A DNA stretch of 64,000 bases from contig OZ365118.1 of assembly GCA_977030845.1 (NCBI GenBank), positions 16,988,001 through 17,052,000 of the forward strand, given 5' to 3'. Positions 63,954-64,000 of this stretch are shown piece after piece. A program made the position numbers and the translations under genes. Every line of letters starts with the position of its first letter. Position 1 is the first letter of the stretch. The notes below the pieces were generated by a model that did not search any database, was not told where the DNA came from, and saw nothing but the letters and a program-made list of their open reading frames with translations. The DNA comes from Fimbriosthenelais zetlandica (lineage: Eukaryota).

Positions 63954-64000
63954 TGGAGAAGCAATATATAGCACATGAATGTAAGACATAAACCTTATAT

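Noticed and set aside
1-64000. CRISPR arrays, rRNA, functional tRNA, prokaryotic operons, transposase/RT ORFs
   Set aside because: No regularly spaced repeat-spacer structure and no rRNA/tRNA fold. No DDE, RT or endonuclease motifs appear in any ORF. The sequence has eukaryotic non-coding character.

Overview
This looks like 64 kb of vertebrate genomic DNA, probably non-mammalian. That call is an inference: CpG is depleted, GC is roughly 40-45% by eye, no Alu/L1/B1-type repeats are recognisable, and there are several long C/G homopolymers. I cannot identify any protein-coding gene. None of the 60-145 aa ORFs in the track carries a domain I recognise, and the longest mostly come from low-complexity CT/GA tracts. 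I found no rRNA, functional tRNA, CRISPR array, transposase or reverse transcriptase. The window reads as a large intron or gene desert with four kinds of content. (i) Many short CpG-retaining blocks dense in developmental TF motifs (K50 homeodomain, PBX/HOX/MEIS, CACGTG E-box, POU, CRE/CCAAT, one CTCF site), as expected for conserved non-coding elements. (ii) Polypyrimidine/polypurine tracts, minisatellites and G-quadruplex-type motifs. (iii) One decayed tRNA-derived SINE head. (iv) A few short segments with good splice signals that could be exons of a large-intron gene or lncRNA; three on the + strand join into an open 70-codon frame. All exon and enhancer calls are sequence-only hypotheses. 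I found no well-supported novel biological system.
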